Shown here in pieces: positions 13,560 through 25,449 of a stretch of 64,000 nt of DNA (position 1 is the first letter of the stretch; every line of letters begins with the position of its first letter). The stretch is from Glycera tridactyla (lineage: Eukaryota), in the NCBI GenBank assembly GCA_965644265.1, contig OZ286461.1:30442001-30506000 (forward strand). Reading direction: 5' to 3'. A model generated the notes under the pieces. That model had not been told where the DNA came from and made no database searches. It saw only the letters and a list, made by a program, of their open reading frames with translations. A program made the position numbers and the translations under genes.

Positions 13560-15097
13560 GAGTATATGATATCTTTGATCTGGATCTGTGTCCATACGGA
13601 ATTTTGCATCGAGCGATTTACAACTAAAACTTTTTTTTAAAGCTTATGCTTTGAGGGTGCAACATTGAAATCATGGAGAATGTATCTCGGGTCTAGTTGA
13701 AAGTGTGGGGTTGAAAGTTTGGCAGCTCATATACACACTAGGTGGACTTGGAGTCCCTATTTGCCTCTCTACATGATCAATAGATTCCATCATCCCTGCC
13801 GGGCTAGTCAAGAGAGGAGTGGGGGACGGTTGGAGATAGCAGCCAATCTATTAATATGGCTCTGGAGTCTCCAAATTTATCGTCGGGTGGTATACTTACA
13901 ACATGCAATCTAGTACTGGGAGGCCCCCGTAAGCAACACAGAGCGTTGATGGTGGAGCGCGAAGCGTTAGTCGTTTGCCACCTCTTCAATCGCACTAGTC
14001 AGTGGGGTCTTGTTTTTGCACCCAGTTTCAGAGTATACTAGGGTCCAGCAGGAGTTGGATTTTTGACATGGTGGTCAGATGCTCCAAAGGAATGCTGAAA
14101 CTTGTCATCAGCAGACCATTTATCTTGTTAAGATTTGGTCTACGTAGATTATCTGTTCTGCAGTTTAGCAGAAAATGCTCTGTGGTCTCATCACTTAATT
14201 TACATGGTTGGCACAACATATGAACACCACACTTTCTGGTAGAGCCCCCCTGCAGCGGGTATTGTTTTACGAGAAGCTTTGCTTTTATAGTTGATTTCAT
14301 GATGGACAGCTTATCTGGCTTGTTGCCCATACTATGTGTGTCTTGCCGATTTTACATTATGTAAGATTGACATACTCCAGGGTAGACATTTCACTTGCCT
14401 CACTTTTGAGTTGCGCTCCACAGTACTGGGCGACATTTGCATTGACCACTGCGCCTCACTTGGTGGGTTCCCCATTAGGGAGTAGGCAGACAGCAGATTA
14501 TATTTTACCAGAAGTAACTTGAGCATGTGGGTCCAGCCGTTGCTGTCCTGATCTCTCATGGCTAGTTGTCGCAATTCCTGACATTCAATAGATAGCCCCC
14601 TTGTGGTCATGTTGTGGAAGAGGGTCGGGATTTTTTGTGCAGAATGGCTTCCGGGGGCAGCGTGCCCAGGAATAGATATATGGCTGCACTAGCTGTTGAC
14701 TCTGGCAGATGCTATATACATCTCATACTCTTTCTGTGGAAGTCCTCTATGGATCAGATTTTGGTCTTGTTCAGCACTGAGGCTTCGAGACCACTCAGAA
14801 GGATGGGTATGGCATATATATATCCCAATTCAGGCCATGTAGCCCAGCACCCATCAGTGCATATGATGCTCTTATTGCAGCTTGGATCCGAGCCTCAATT
14901 GTCACTTTGTTTGAGCCAGCACTTGTACGAGAGATGCCAAGATGTACTTCAGCTTTTGAGTTGTCGATCTTTTTTTGGTTGAGGGTCAAGCTAGATATGT
15001 TGTCGATGTTCTTTTTCCTAGTGACTGGTACGACCTTCGTCTTGCTACTGCTAACGAGATATCGCTTGTTTGCACCATCAAACTCGGCCTAATCTGT
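13560..15097 (-). mobile_element. RTE-X-like non-LTR retrotransposon, RT C-terminal part and 3' end, degraded
   Basis: Minus-strand peptides RYLVSSSKTK, VHLGISR, ALMGAGLHGLN and CQPCKLSDETTEHFLLNC, with frameshifts. Clade assignment is by motif memory only. Confidence 0.7.
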
Positions 15098-15544
15098 CTG
15101 CAGACAAATCACTTGACACATATATATGGTATTAAATAACATATTTGTTGTTTTATTCAGTGAGACATCATACATATGTGCAGCTTCTGGTGTCACCACC
15201 TCTGGGGTGACGTGACACCAGCTGCGAAGAACATTCACAGACATCAGGGATAACTCTGGTCAATTACTTATTGAATTTATTATGAAATTTACTTAACCAA
15301 CTTACTTATGAAATTTTACTTAAGAAAATTACCATCCAGGATGTAGTTTTTTCTGGGAGTGCTAGGGAGGTGCCACCACCACTGAGGTGACATGGCAAAC
15401 CCATGCCCAAGGAGAAACTGTTAAAGGAGGTGCTAATCTCCTCCCCGGCGAAGACTGCACCATTGAGGTGACCAGTCCTACCGGTGATTCGCTTGACCTT
15501 GAACTTTTGCTGCTGGCGCAGTTGTAAAAATCGCCACTAGGAGC

Positions 15545-16040
15545 GTGCCATGAGAAAAGATACCTGGGACATGCGCAAAGTGTTGTCCCCGGTCTTTGAG
15601 ATCAGTGCCTCCCCGGCTCTCAGGCACGCGTGGTAGGTTAATGACACTACTGCCGTCTATAGGCTGACATCATAGTGGGTGAAGCCCAAATGTCTTAAAG
15701 CGCTGACTAGTTCACTTAGTATTGAGGCAGAAACTGGGTGAGGTTGTTCCTGTGGCCCAGTGAGATTTTTGAGACCCTGCATAAATTTTCTCAAGATAAG
15801 TGTCAGTGGGGTCTAAATGTCCTCTCACCTTGTGGTAGAAGGTGATCGCGGAGTTGTGATTTAATATGGTCGCATGCTTCCTTCCGCCTTGGTAAAGCCA
15901 TGCGTCGAAGAGCAATACCTCCTCCGTTGATGCTGCATAGCACGTGCCTACGGCCTGTGCAACCTGTCACACAATGCTCAAATTTTTGCCAGATGCGCAT
16001 GTAAGAAAGTCTGGTTGATGGTCTCATTGAAGCTGCCAAA
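15545..16040 (-). pseudogene. Tyrosine recombinase N-half of Ngaro-1 (C-half deleted)
   Basis: STRLSYMRIWQKF, DPTDT, YHACLRAGEAL (box I Arg, 15609-15623); then jumps to the 3' UTR homologous to ~21350. Confidence 0.8.
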
Positions 16041-16274
16041 ATATCTTTTACTATTGTCTGAAGTTAGTTGGTTGCAGTTCCACCTGTATAGGTGTGCTGG
16101 ACGCCTTCATTTGGAAGCACGGAGAGTCTGGTTTTTTTCTGAAACCGAGAAATGGCGTCAGCCTGAATGTTTTAGTGTGATGGGATGTAATGGGCTTTGA
16201 AGGTGATGTTGTGTAGGAGGAGTTCCAGTATTACTTTCCTAAGCATGCCCTTGACCGTCTTGTTCCTGGAGGTT

Positions 16275-16420
16275 TGTTTCTGAATTTCATAATTTTTCGC
16301 CTTTTTTCGGGAACCCTGAAGGAGTCTTGAATGATCCCACCCATGCCCATTGCATGGGCGTCACAATATAGCCCAGATGGAGCTGACGTGATGTTAAACT
16401 AACAACAAAACAACAAAACA
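16275..16420 (+). mobile_element. SINE-A (A2), 5' end missing, at the RNase H/YR deletion of Ngaro-1
   Basis: Core CCCACCCATGCCCATTGCATGGGCGTCACAATATAGCCC plus tail; no TSD seen. Confidence 0.9.
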
Positions 16421-17900
16421 ATATTAATTGCCACAACCACTACCTGATTGTCACACTGAAAAATAATTTCGGACCTGGCTAGCTTGTGCCCGAACATCTT
16501 GACCAGCAGAAATATTGGATAGATCTCTCTGACATCCGCGATGTTGAGTTTTTGCCATGCGGACGGCCACCTACCCTGTAACCATGTAGAACCAAATGTT
16601 GCCCCAAACCCGGTGTCTGAAGCGTCCGAATATAAATGCAGAGCCTTAGAGTTGGCTTGCGGGGGAGATCTGATCATCGTCACACTGTTATATGATGCGA
16701 GGAATGTTTTCCAAACCTCCAGGTCCATCTAAAATGACACTGTGTCTGTGATCTTCATATCATTTCACCTTCCGTTGGGGACCCAGAAGGAGGAGTCTTG
16801 GAAGATCCCACCCATGCCCATTGCATGGGCGTCACAATATAGCCCAGACGGTGCTGACGTGACGTTAAACGAGGACCAACCAACCAACGGGACCCAGAAG
16901 GAGGAGTCTCGGAAGATCCCACCCATGCCCATTGCATGGGCGTCACAATATAGCCCAGATGGTGCTGACGTGACGTTAAACCACAACCAACCAACCAACG
17001 AACCAACCATCCTGTCTGTGTCCCTGAGTGAGTCTCAAATGCCAGAACGGTTTGTCCCTGTTGGATACCAGATCGTACAGTCGCCTCAGGAATGGTCTAC
17101 CTGCGGGTATTACACAAGTGGCAAACTGCAGTTTCCCTACTAAGCTACGGAGCTCTTTAGCTGTGTTGTGTGTTCTCTCTGCCTCTGCACTCTCAGCCAC
17201 CTCTTTGGAATGAAGCGCGAGTTTTTGTGGTGGAAGTCTAGCTAGCATGTTGACTGTGTCCAGCTCGATACCTCAAAATGTGATCACCTGAGTCGGCTTT
17301 TTGAAGGTTTTATCCTCAGCTATGGGGACCCCAATGTGCTTACAGAGACTGAGGAATACCCACAGTGACTGGGCAATCGGCATAGTCTGGTCCCAGAAAA
17401 AGAAAGTCATCAAGGACTTTTACCACTCACGTAACATTGAAATGCATCTGTAGTATGTGGAGGATGGCATCTGAGATGTTTTCGAATATCATGCACGACT
17501 CGGCTAGCCCCATCGCAAGGCACTCATCATAGTAGTACAAATCATTCCACCTGAAACCCATGAGTGGGTGCTGTTCTGGATGTAGCAGTACTATTATGAA
17601 CGCGGATTTAATATCGGATTTCGCCAGGTAACAAGCAGGGCCCAACTGCTGTATCTGCCTCACGGCATCACCAAGGGATTGTGCAGGAGGCGATATGTGA
17701 CTGGCGTGCTCTTCTCCCACAGCGACAGCGGGCTACATTTAAAATTCTCAAATGGAGGGAGCTCAAATGGGCCAGATACTTACACGGGAAGTTTGAACAC
17801 CTTTTCCCTGCTGTGTGAAAGTCAAAGCAGTAGTTATTGGGTATCCTACCTGTTGTTGCTGTTTGAGGACGAAAATTCCCTACCGCCTGAGTTTGCTGCC
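16399..17900 (-). pseudogene. RT and RNase H of Ngaro-1, interrupted by SINE-A copies
   Basis: AKSDIKSAF, CLAMGL, VLDDFLF (17406-17417), LRSLVGKLQF; RNase H YSDAS...GFGA and CDNQVVV. Confidence 0.9.
16732..17010 (+). mobile_element. SINE-A (A1) with tandem duplication of its 3' two-thirds
   Basis: AAATGACAC start, two cores, (AACC)n tails. Confidence 0.9.
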
Positions 17901-17929
17901 TAGCTGGTGATTTTGTGTAGGTTTCTACC

Positions 17930-18946
17930 CGTGTCTTACCAAATGAGTAACCACCCCCGGCTTCTGAATGCGGAATTGCCTATCATGGTAATTCCGATCC
18001 CCTTTGTATGTAGCCAGTTGGAGGACATTCTCCAGGTGGAGGTGTTGGACTTCCGATGGGTGAGAGAGCCTGTATGCTGACATGTATCATGCGAAAGCTC
18101 TCGCCCATCCCAGCACCGTCAGCGGTTTCCCCTTGGGTGTGACCTCTTGCAATGTTGGGAACACCCACCCCCCTTCTGTGACCTGGGGTCTCATTGCGTA
18201 TGATTTTTCGGCAGACTGGTCCCTTAAGAAGCTGCCGAATTTGACAAAGTCGTCACTAGCAATTTTCACCTTTATCTCCCTGCTCAGCAGCATGTGGAGG
18301 GGCAATGCGTCACTAGTCATGGCCCCCAGAGTGTTACCCTCACTACTGCTGGTCGCCAGATTGCCTGCTGGAGTTTCCCCAGCCGCACCTATGCTAGGGG
18401 AGCTGAGTGGACCTACACCATGGTATTCCTTACATGGAGAAGCTGCTTGCTGCTGCATGAGCTGAATCGAGGTTTACAGCGCCACCATTTCCTGTTGCAG
18501 ACTGGCCAGGGATGTCCTGCTTTGGGTGTTGGCCGTTTGTGTGTCGTCTTGTGAGAGACCCGCTGGGTGTGTGTTCATGGGCTGTGGCATGTCTGCTTGT
18601 GGGTAAGGCGTCGTGTTGGTGATGGGTGTGTGCATGGACAAATCTGTGAGCATTGTTCTTGGATTCTGGGAGCTCTCGTGTGGGTTTTCCCCCATCTGAG
18701 CTGCACCACTGGGGTGACCGGCAAAGGGGGCAAGTCTGCTGCACCATTGAGGTGACCAGCTGGAGTTTCCCCCAAAGGTGATGGCCGCTCGGCTGTCCGA
18801 GGGACACCTGGAGTCACAGTCCAGGAAGCAGATGGGTGAAACGTCTCAGGCCCTGTTTCTAGCATCCCGGGGTGTCCTGGCTGGGGTATGTAGCCCTTTT
18901 CCTCCGTGGCTGTGCTGTCGCTCCCTGCTTTCCTCTTCCTGCCCAT
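17930..18946 (-). pseudogene. gag-like ORF of Ngaro-1
   Basis: MGRKRKAG start, Pro-rich region, LPLHMLLSREIKVKIASDDFVKFGSFL and YHDRQFR segments typical of DIRS/Ngaro ORF1. Confidence 0.65.
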
Positions 18947-19214
18947 GATGTAAGACCTGATTTAGAACGATAAGTATTAACACTGATGCACCAATAGGAT
19001 GGAGGGTGGGTTAATAGGGCTGCAGCAGAAAATGAACCGGCCCGTCCATGTGGTCAGGAACAGGCTCCTACGATTCCCCCCCCCCCCCCCCCCTCTGTGG
19101 CTACAACTAACGTTATATGGCACATGTCTAGAATATGATGCGAAAAAGCTGCAAGTTAAGGTGTTCCAAACTAAGATGGTCCGTCCATGCGGTCGGGAAC
19201 CAGAAATCACCCCC

Positions 19215-19869
19215 CCCCCCCCCCCCCCCCCCAAGGATGCTGCAAGGCACACAACTCCTTGCGTGCATTGTGGATTGCTTTAGTGATGGATGCCTTGTAC
19301 TTTTTCCTACCTTCAGGGCTGTTTGGGTGAATGCCGTTGGCATCAATCTGAGACCCAGCTGAATCTTTCCAGAACCCTTCATGGGTGTGATAGGAAATTC
19401 TGTCACGGGCTTCACAACCCCTCCCTAAGCATCTTATTGAGTCTAGCTGCCTTCTCCGTGAATTGTTCGCGGCTACGTTCCCCCGCATTCTCCCTGTTGA
19501 TGATGGAGCATATTTTTATAATTGGGATCTTATGGAGGTCCCTCATGGCTTCAGCCTCTGCGAAGAGGTGGTAAGCAATCTCTTCCACAGAGACCCTGGC
19601 AAGTGTCACATCATTCAAACCAATATCTAATATGCCAATAGAGAACTTCTTGGTGGTCTCCATTGAAGGGAAATAAAAGTTTCTGGTGATTTTTGCACCC
19701 CCAATCCCGTGCATGTAAACCTCATTGACAAAGGATGCCACCTTCAGCTCATTGATGGTGAAGGATTCAAAGTTATCTCCCTTCCTGCTCTTCGAGGATT
19801 TACTCCTGAGATGATCCTTGAGAGACACCACAAAGGAGTGCCCCCAAGGTAAACGAAATTAGCAGGCAT
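19215..19869 (-). pseudogene. SGNH/GDSL hydrolase ORF of Ngaro-1 (frameshifted)
   Basis: ATG at 19869; block I GHS (one G lost in run ~19841-19845), block II HGIGG, block III GLND (19610-19621), block V NGIHP (19327-19338). Confidence 0.8.
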
Positions 19870-20181
19870 GGCTGGGTGAGAATATCACTGGAACAAGTAC
19901 AACAAGTGCTGAATGTGTAAGCTGTAAGAAGTAGCTGATCAGATTGAAGCACAAATACAATACTAACTGTTTAGCTGCAAGAAGAAGCTGATCAGAGATG
20001 AGCTGAATACTTTCCGATGTTGATGGTGTGGCTGCTGATGGGTAAAAAAGTTCAGTGCACATGTGAGCTACAGAAAGTCAACTCTGCGCATGCGCGCACG
20101 GAAGTTGGCGTCCCGCGGGCACGTGCGCATCCTCGTGTTTTGTATGTAAACAAACTCGTCCCGAGATGCGAGACGTGCGTT

Positions 20182-20500
20182 TCATAGGATTTGCGAGCTT
20201 GTACTTGTGTTGGCTATAAGAGCTAGATCATCAGCAACCATTAGTGCTCCCGTGGGGATGCTTGCTATTTTGAAGGTAACTGGGTGTCGTTCAAGCCATT
20301 TGAGTGCCTTGAATAATTCAGTCGATGTGAGGCCTCCTTGTCATATACTTTGTCCTTCTTGGAAATTTTCGGAAATAATGCCTTTCCATTTTACACATGC
20401 CTCTTCTGGTCTCACGACATGAACTGAGCTTTCTTGTTCCAGACAGGGCAATAGATTGATTTAGATGAATTTCATTGCAGATCCCGCACTGTACCATGCG
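20182..20500 (-). mobile_element. Upstream RT core of the same RTE-X-like LINE, split off by the Ngaro-1 insertion
   Basis: Minus translation CVKWKGIISENFQEGQSI*QGGLTSTELFK...GALMVADDLALIANTS; continues logically into AEFDGANKRY at ~15090. Confidence 0.7.
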
Positions 20501-21404
20501 CCTGCAATTGGTTCGTTTGAAGACATATCACCTAAGTCATATATGGTGGAAATGAACTGGTATGTTGATTTAATATGGAATAGTCCGTTCAGCATGTAGT
20601 GTCACCACCACTGAGGTGACATGACACCAACTGACAAAATACATTTATATAGCCATCAGGCGATAAAACAGGTGAGATTCATGTACTTCGTCATTCATAT
20701 TCATTTCATATATTTTTTGGTGTGGTAGGGGTGTTTCCACCACCCCTGAGGTGACATGGCAGCCCCCGAACGAAGAGGGACTGTGATAGGTGCTAAGCTC
20801 CTCCCAAGTGATGGTGGTGGGTGATAGAGTTGTCGCTGCCTGGGCTGTTGATGAGCAAAAGGGTCTGGTGCACATGTAAGCTGCGGGAATTTAACTTCTG
20901 CACATGCACGACCAGATGTCCGCGATGTCCCAAGCATGCGTGTCATGGCCGTTTTCTATGTAAACAAACCTGTCCCGCCACGGCGAGATGTGCGTTTTTT
21001 TTGCAGACAAATCACATAAGTCATATATGGTGGAAATAAACTGGTATGTTGATTTAATATGGAATAGTCAGTTCAGCATCTAGCGTCACCACCACTTTGG
21101 CAAAAAAAAATTATATAGCCATCAGGTGATAAAACAGGTGAGGTTCATTCATATATTATTTGATGTGGAAGGGGTATTGCCACCACCGCTGAGGTGGTGT
21201 GGCAACCTCTGACCAAAGAGGGACTGTGATAGGTGCTAAGCTCCTCCCCAATGCTGTCTGCACCATTGAGGTGACCAGCCATTCCAGGAATTCACTTGAC
21301 CTGAAATTTGCTGCTGGCGCAGTTGTAAAACCACCATTAGAAGCAAGACACTGCTCCGGCGCCAGGGCAGTGGAGAGGAAAGCTGACATGGTAAGCAGGC
21401 GAGT

Positions 21405-22560
21405 ACAAAGAGGCGGACATATTTCCTCAAGTCATTAAAAACCATCTCCCCACTTTTTTAATGTACTCATCAAAGTGCTGGCCATTGATGACCATGTCAG
21501 TTGTCTGTCCCACCCTGAAGCTGTGTGTGTTGATGTGCATGTTGTCATATGGTGTGGCTGCTAATGCGCACTTCAAGACCCTTACAAACTGCTCCCTAGT
21601 TACCAGTCAACTGTCCCGGGAGACAAATAGGTGGTTATGGATGCTGTGCAGTCATGCTTTTAGGTAATGTCACAGGCTTGTGACTGGGCTTCATAACAGA
21701 CCCCGAAGCCGCCCTACTCTCAGCTTTGCTTTGCGACCTTTGGAGTGCTTAAATGATGCAAAGCAGATTAAGACGGTCTCAGAGGAACCCCCCCCCCCCC
21801 CTTGAAGTGAAGAATGACTCCTGGGGCATGTGCAGTGTTTGGTCCCTAGACTTAAGGACCAATGCCTCCCCCACCCTCAGATGTGCGAAGTATGTGAGCG
21901 ACATCACTGCCGTCCTTTTTTCAGTATCGACTCAGATACCGGGCGTAGCTGTTTTTGTGGCCCTGAGAGGTTTTCAATGCCCAGCATGAATTTCTGTAGG
22001 TGGAACGTGTCGGTAGGGTCTCTAAGCCAGCTAACTTGTGGAAGTAGGCAATTGCAGAATTGTAGGTCAGAATTGTCGCATATTTTTCCCCCTTTGTTAC
22101 AGCAATGCATCAAATAACATGACATCGTTCGTGGTGGCTGGCAAATCAGTAACTATGGCCTGAAGTTGGTTGGTTGCAAGTCCTGTGGTATCGGTGTGCT
22201 CTGCGACTTCATTTTGAAGTGAGCGCATGTCTGGTGTGTTTCCTGAAACTGAGAAATGGCATCGATGAGAATATTATTCTCGAGATCACATGTATTGGGA
22301 TTTGAACGGGATGTTGTGGGTGAGGAATTCTAGTACTGAGCATGGCCATAAGTTTTATCTCTGGAAGTCTGGGTATTGATAGCGGCCACTACCACCTTGG
22401 TGTCAGTGAAACACTACTTGACTGCAATGTCCAGTTTCTGTCAAGCCAGTGGCCATTTGCAGCCAAGTGGACCCAAAACTTGCGCCGAAGCCTAAGTCGG
22501 ATGCGTCGGTTTACAAATGTAGTGCCTTAGGATTTTAATGAGATAGGCATCTAATGATGG
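21405..22560 (-). pseudogene. RNase H stub plus near-complete tyrosine recombinase of Ngaro-2
   Basis: TDASDLGFGA; YR catalytic set LRVGE (21866-21880), HSFR (21514-21525), GRW (21442-21450), KYVR (~21420); frameshifts present. Confidence 0.85.
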
Positions 22561-23129
22561 TCACTCCATTATATCTTTCTTACAAACTTTGCCCAAACTA
22601 TCGAGTCCTTGCTGTGTCCCAGAGAAATCCGCAAATGCCAAAGAACAGCCAGGTACATAGTTAGATATGCCATCATTAGATTCAGTATGTTCATGAAGAG
22701 TAGGTAGAGGTGTGTCAGAATTGTCAGCTACTCCCACTTGACAACCTTTCAAGCTCCCCATCATCTTGTGTCCAGGGTTCGTGAGAGTGATGTCTGCAGG
22801 GGAGAGAACATCTAGCTTTCATTAACCAGGAACACACGGCATACATAATCCTGTGGGATACATGCCATTAAACCTCAAACAAACAAGCAAGATCAAAAAG
22901 CCTCCTAAGGAAAGGCCTACCCGCAGGTTTGACTAAGCTCCTAACTCTGTAGGGACAGCCTCCGGCAGGCAGTGACTCTTTTCTTCAGTATTTTCAGTTT
23001 TTCAGTCCGATATAACCAAGCGAGTTTAAGTGACGTTAAACTTAAACAAACAAACAAACAACAATCTGACCGTAGCATGTGTTCTTTCTTGTTTTGGGTC
23101 CTTGTTGTTGGCCAACTGGAGCACATTCC

Positions 23130-23364
23130 CCTGCTCCCCCCCCCCCCCACTGGGGTACAGCACCTCAATGTCCCGCTGCAGGGCAGCCAGGGATGACAGA
23201 TTGTGGGTGCGGACGGTGACTGGCTGGCTGTTTGTGTTTCCGGTGTGTGCATGACAGGCGTGAGTGGTGTCCCCATTGTCAGTCGTGGCTCTTTCGATGG
23301 ACCCCTGATTGTGCTGCACCACTTGGGTGACCAGCATACAGTGACGCCTGTGTTGCACCAGCAA
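23130..23364 (-). pseudogene. gag N-terminal stub of Ngaro-2
   Basis: SSLAALQRDIEVL aligns with TSLASLQQEMVAL of Ngaro-1 gag. Confidence 0.55.
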
Positions 23365-23949
23365 TTTGCACTGATGGGTATGTGGCCTGCTCCAATGTCC
23401 TACGGGCGCTTGGGGTCACCGTCCAGGGTGCAGATGGTGTGAATCGCTTTCGCTCTTCTCAACTCTCAGGCTGGCCTGACCGAAGTTCGGTGCCCGTTTC
23501 CCACTGGATAGTGGCGTGTCGCACCCCACTTTCCTTTTCCTGCCAATGGCTGAATGACCTGAGGCAAGAGGCGATGACATTTAAAAATGAATTTGCTAGA
23601 ATAGACCTGATTTTCTGTGGGAGGAAGGAGAATCCCAGCTGTGTTACCATCCCATACCCTGGGTGAATACCTGCTATCGACCCCCAAACTGACTACTACG
23701 GCACCCCTATCTCAAGTGCTGGCGAATAGGGGGGGGGGGTGCAAGAGAGCTGGTCCGTCCATTCGGTCGGGAACAAGTCGAGCCCCCTCCCCCCAAAAAT
23801 GCTCCACTACAACCTCTCCAAGAATTTATCTGTGTATAGTGGATGGATAACTGGCCCAGTAAAATAGATTGATGAGATACAAAGAGATAAATGCTGAGTA
23901 CATACTGGAAACCCTGAGTACAAGAAGGAGGGTGTCCATGATCAAGTCT

Positions 23950-24502
23950 AGATTTGCTGCTGCAAGGCATGCAACTCCCTGCGTGCCTTGTGGATTGCCC
24001 TGGTAAGCGATGCCTTATACTTCCGCTGGCCCTCAGGGCTGTTGGGGTGGATGCCATCATAAGAGTAACCATTGGAGTCAATTCGGCCCCCACATGCATT
24101 ACGCCAAAAACCCTTGTGCGTGTGATAAGATATTCTTTCTCATGACTGGCACCCCTCCTTCACGAGCTTGTTGACATTTGCAGTCTTGTCAACAAACTGC
24201 TTGCGACTGAGTTCCCCTGCGTTGTCTCTGTTGATGATAGAACAGATTTTGACCACTGAGACGTTATGCAGGTCTTGCATGACTGGTGCCTCCGCGAATA
24301 TGTGATACACAATTTCCCCAGCGAGCACATTGGACATCCCATGGAAGTAGATGGCATCAATGAAGGATGCCACCTTCAGTTTATTTATGACAAAGGATTC
24401 AAAGGGTCGTGTGGTTTGGGCTCTAGAGAATCCGTTCCAAAGATGATCCTTGAGGGACACCACGAAGGAATGGCCCCCTTTGAACACATTGCATGCTGAC
24501 AT
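23950..24502 (-). pseudogene. SGNH hydrolase ORF of Ngaro-2
   Basis: MSACNVFKGGHSFVVSLKDHL; block III region deleted; TGA in place of a probable CGA codon; DGIHP at 24047-24058. Confidence 0.8.
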
Positions 24503-24795
24503 GACTGCAGTAAGATACAAGACTGGGTTATTATGAATACGATGAAATACCATACAATACAATACCAGTACTGGCTGAAGCTGATCCTGAAGACAAAGGG
24601 AAATGGTTCTGTGTGGGCTACAAGATAATAGAAATAATGCTGCCTGGGCTGTTGATGAGCAAAAGGGTCTGGTGCACATGTGAGCTGAAAGAAGTTAACT
24701 TCGGCGCATGCGCGACCGGATGTCGGCGATGCATGCGCGTTGTGGCCATTTTGTATGTGAACAAACCTGTCCTGCCGCAGCGAGTTGTGTCTTTG

Positions 24796-25189
24796 GTAGT
24801 GGCCGAACTGTTGGCGTCGGTAGCATCTCACTGGTTCTGGTATGTAAATCCGGGGTTTTCTGGTGCCCAATGCACCTAGCTCTAAGCTCTGGTCCGAAGT
24901 TTTACTGTTGTGGTTGAATAGGCTTCCCTGCGGTGATGGTCGTATTTTGTTTGTCTTTCGGCTCTTGATGAGGATGGTATCTTCTGGAGGAGATATTCTG
25001 ATGGGACATCCAGAGGGACCCCATCACTACAAAGTTCCTTGAAACAAACTTTCTCCTCTCCCAGTATGCTGGTTTTCCTGACCTGATCTGCTACCTCCTG
25101 ATCGTCTGTTGTGATCAAATAAGAGTTACCCTCTGGATGGGCTGATAATGTCCACTTTTTCTCCAGTTCCATCACAACACTAGGGAGTT
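24796..25189 (-). pseudogene. Nimb/I-clade LINE ORF1 fragment (copies at ~28013-28420 and ~31045-31452)
   Basis: YLITTDDQEVAD...GVPLDV...RIYIPEPVRCYxCQxFxH (first CCHC knuckle), truncated by the Ngaro A repeat. Confidence 0.7.
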
Positions 25190-25201
25190 CTGAACTCCCG
25201 C

Positions 25202-25370
25202 TCTCTGAAATGACAATTTGTGTCTGTGATTTTCATATCATTTCACCTTCCGTTTGTGCCCAAGAAGGAAGAGTTTTGAAAGATATCACCCATGCCCATT
25301 GCATGGGCGTCACAATATAGCCCAGATGGTGCTGACGTGACGTTTAACCACAACCAACCAACCAACCAAC
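25202..25370 (+). mobile_element. SINE-A (subfamily A1, AACC tail)
   Basis: 12-bp TSD CTGAACTCCCGC (25190-25201, 25371-25382); empty site present in paralogous units at 28421 and 31453. Confidence 0.95.
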
Positions 25371-25449
25371 CTGAACTCCCGCCATTGTGTGATTCGAAAT
25401 TGGGCCATGACCCTCCTTACCTTCAGACACAGTCCAAGTAATCCCGATA

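Larger units (their letters stand above)
15098..20181 (-). mobile_element. Ngaro-like tyrosine-recombinase retrotransposon #1 (SGNH-gag-RT-RNaseH-YR), degraded, A1...B1 only
   Basis: Ordered minus-strand remnants: SGNH, gag, RT, RNase H, then YR N-half. 3' region homologous to the B repeat of element #2. Both flanks are RTE-X RT. Confidence 0.85.
20520..24795 (-). mobile_element. Ngaro-like element #2 with split direct repeats A1...B1-A2-B2, internally deleted
   Basis: A1 ~24640-24795 matches A2 ~20836-21001; B1 ~21002-21250 matches B2 ~20520-20810. Contains SGNH, gag stub, RNase H stub and YR. Confidence 0.85.

Noticed and set aside
19076-19232. Poly-C tracts (about C18 and C23) between SGNH and gag as functional G-quadruplexes
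   Set aside because: Not conserved in the same orientation in Ngaro-2; homopolymer lengths are error-prone.
23459-23650. Possible Gypsy RT-RNase H linker (PQKIRSI...NV...LRSF) inside Ngaro-2
   Set aside because: Similarity too short and degenerate to call by eye.
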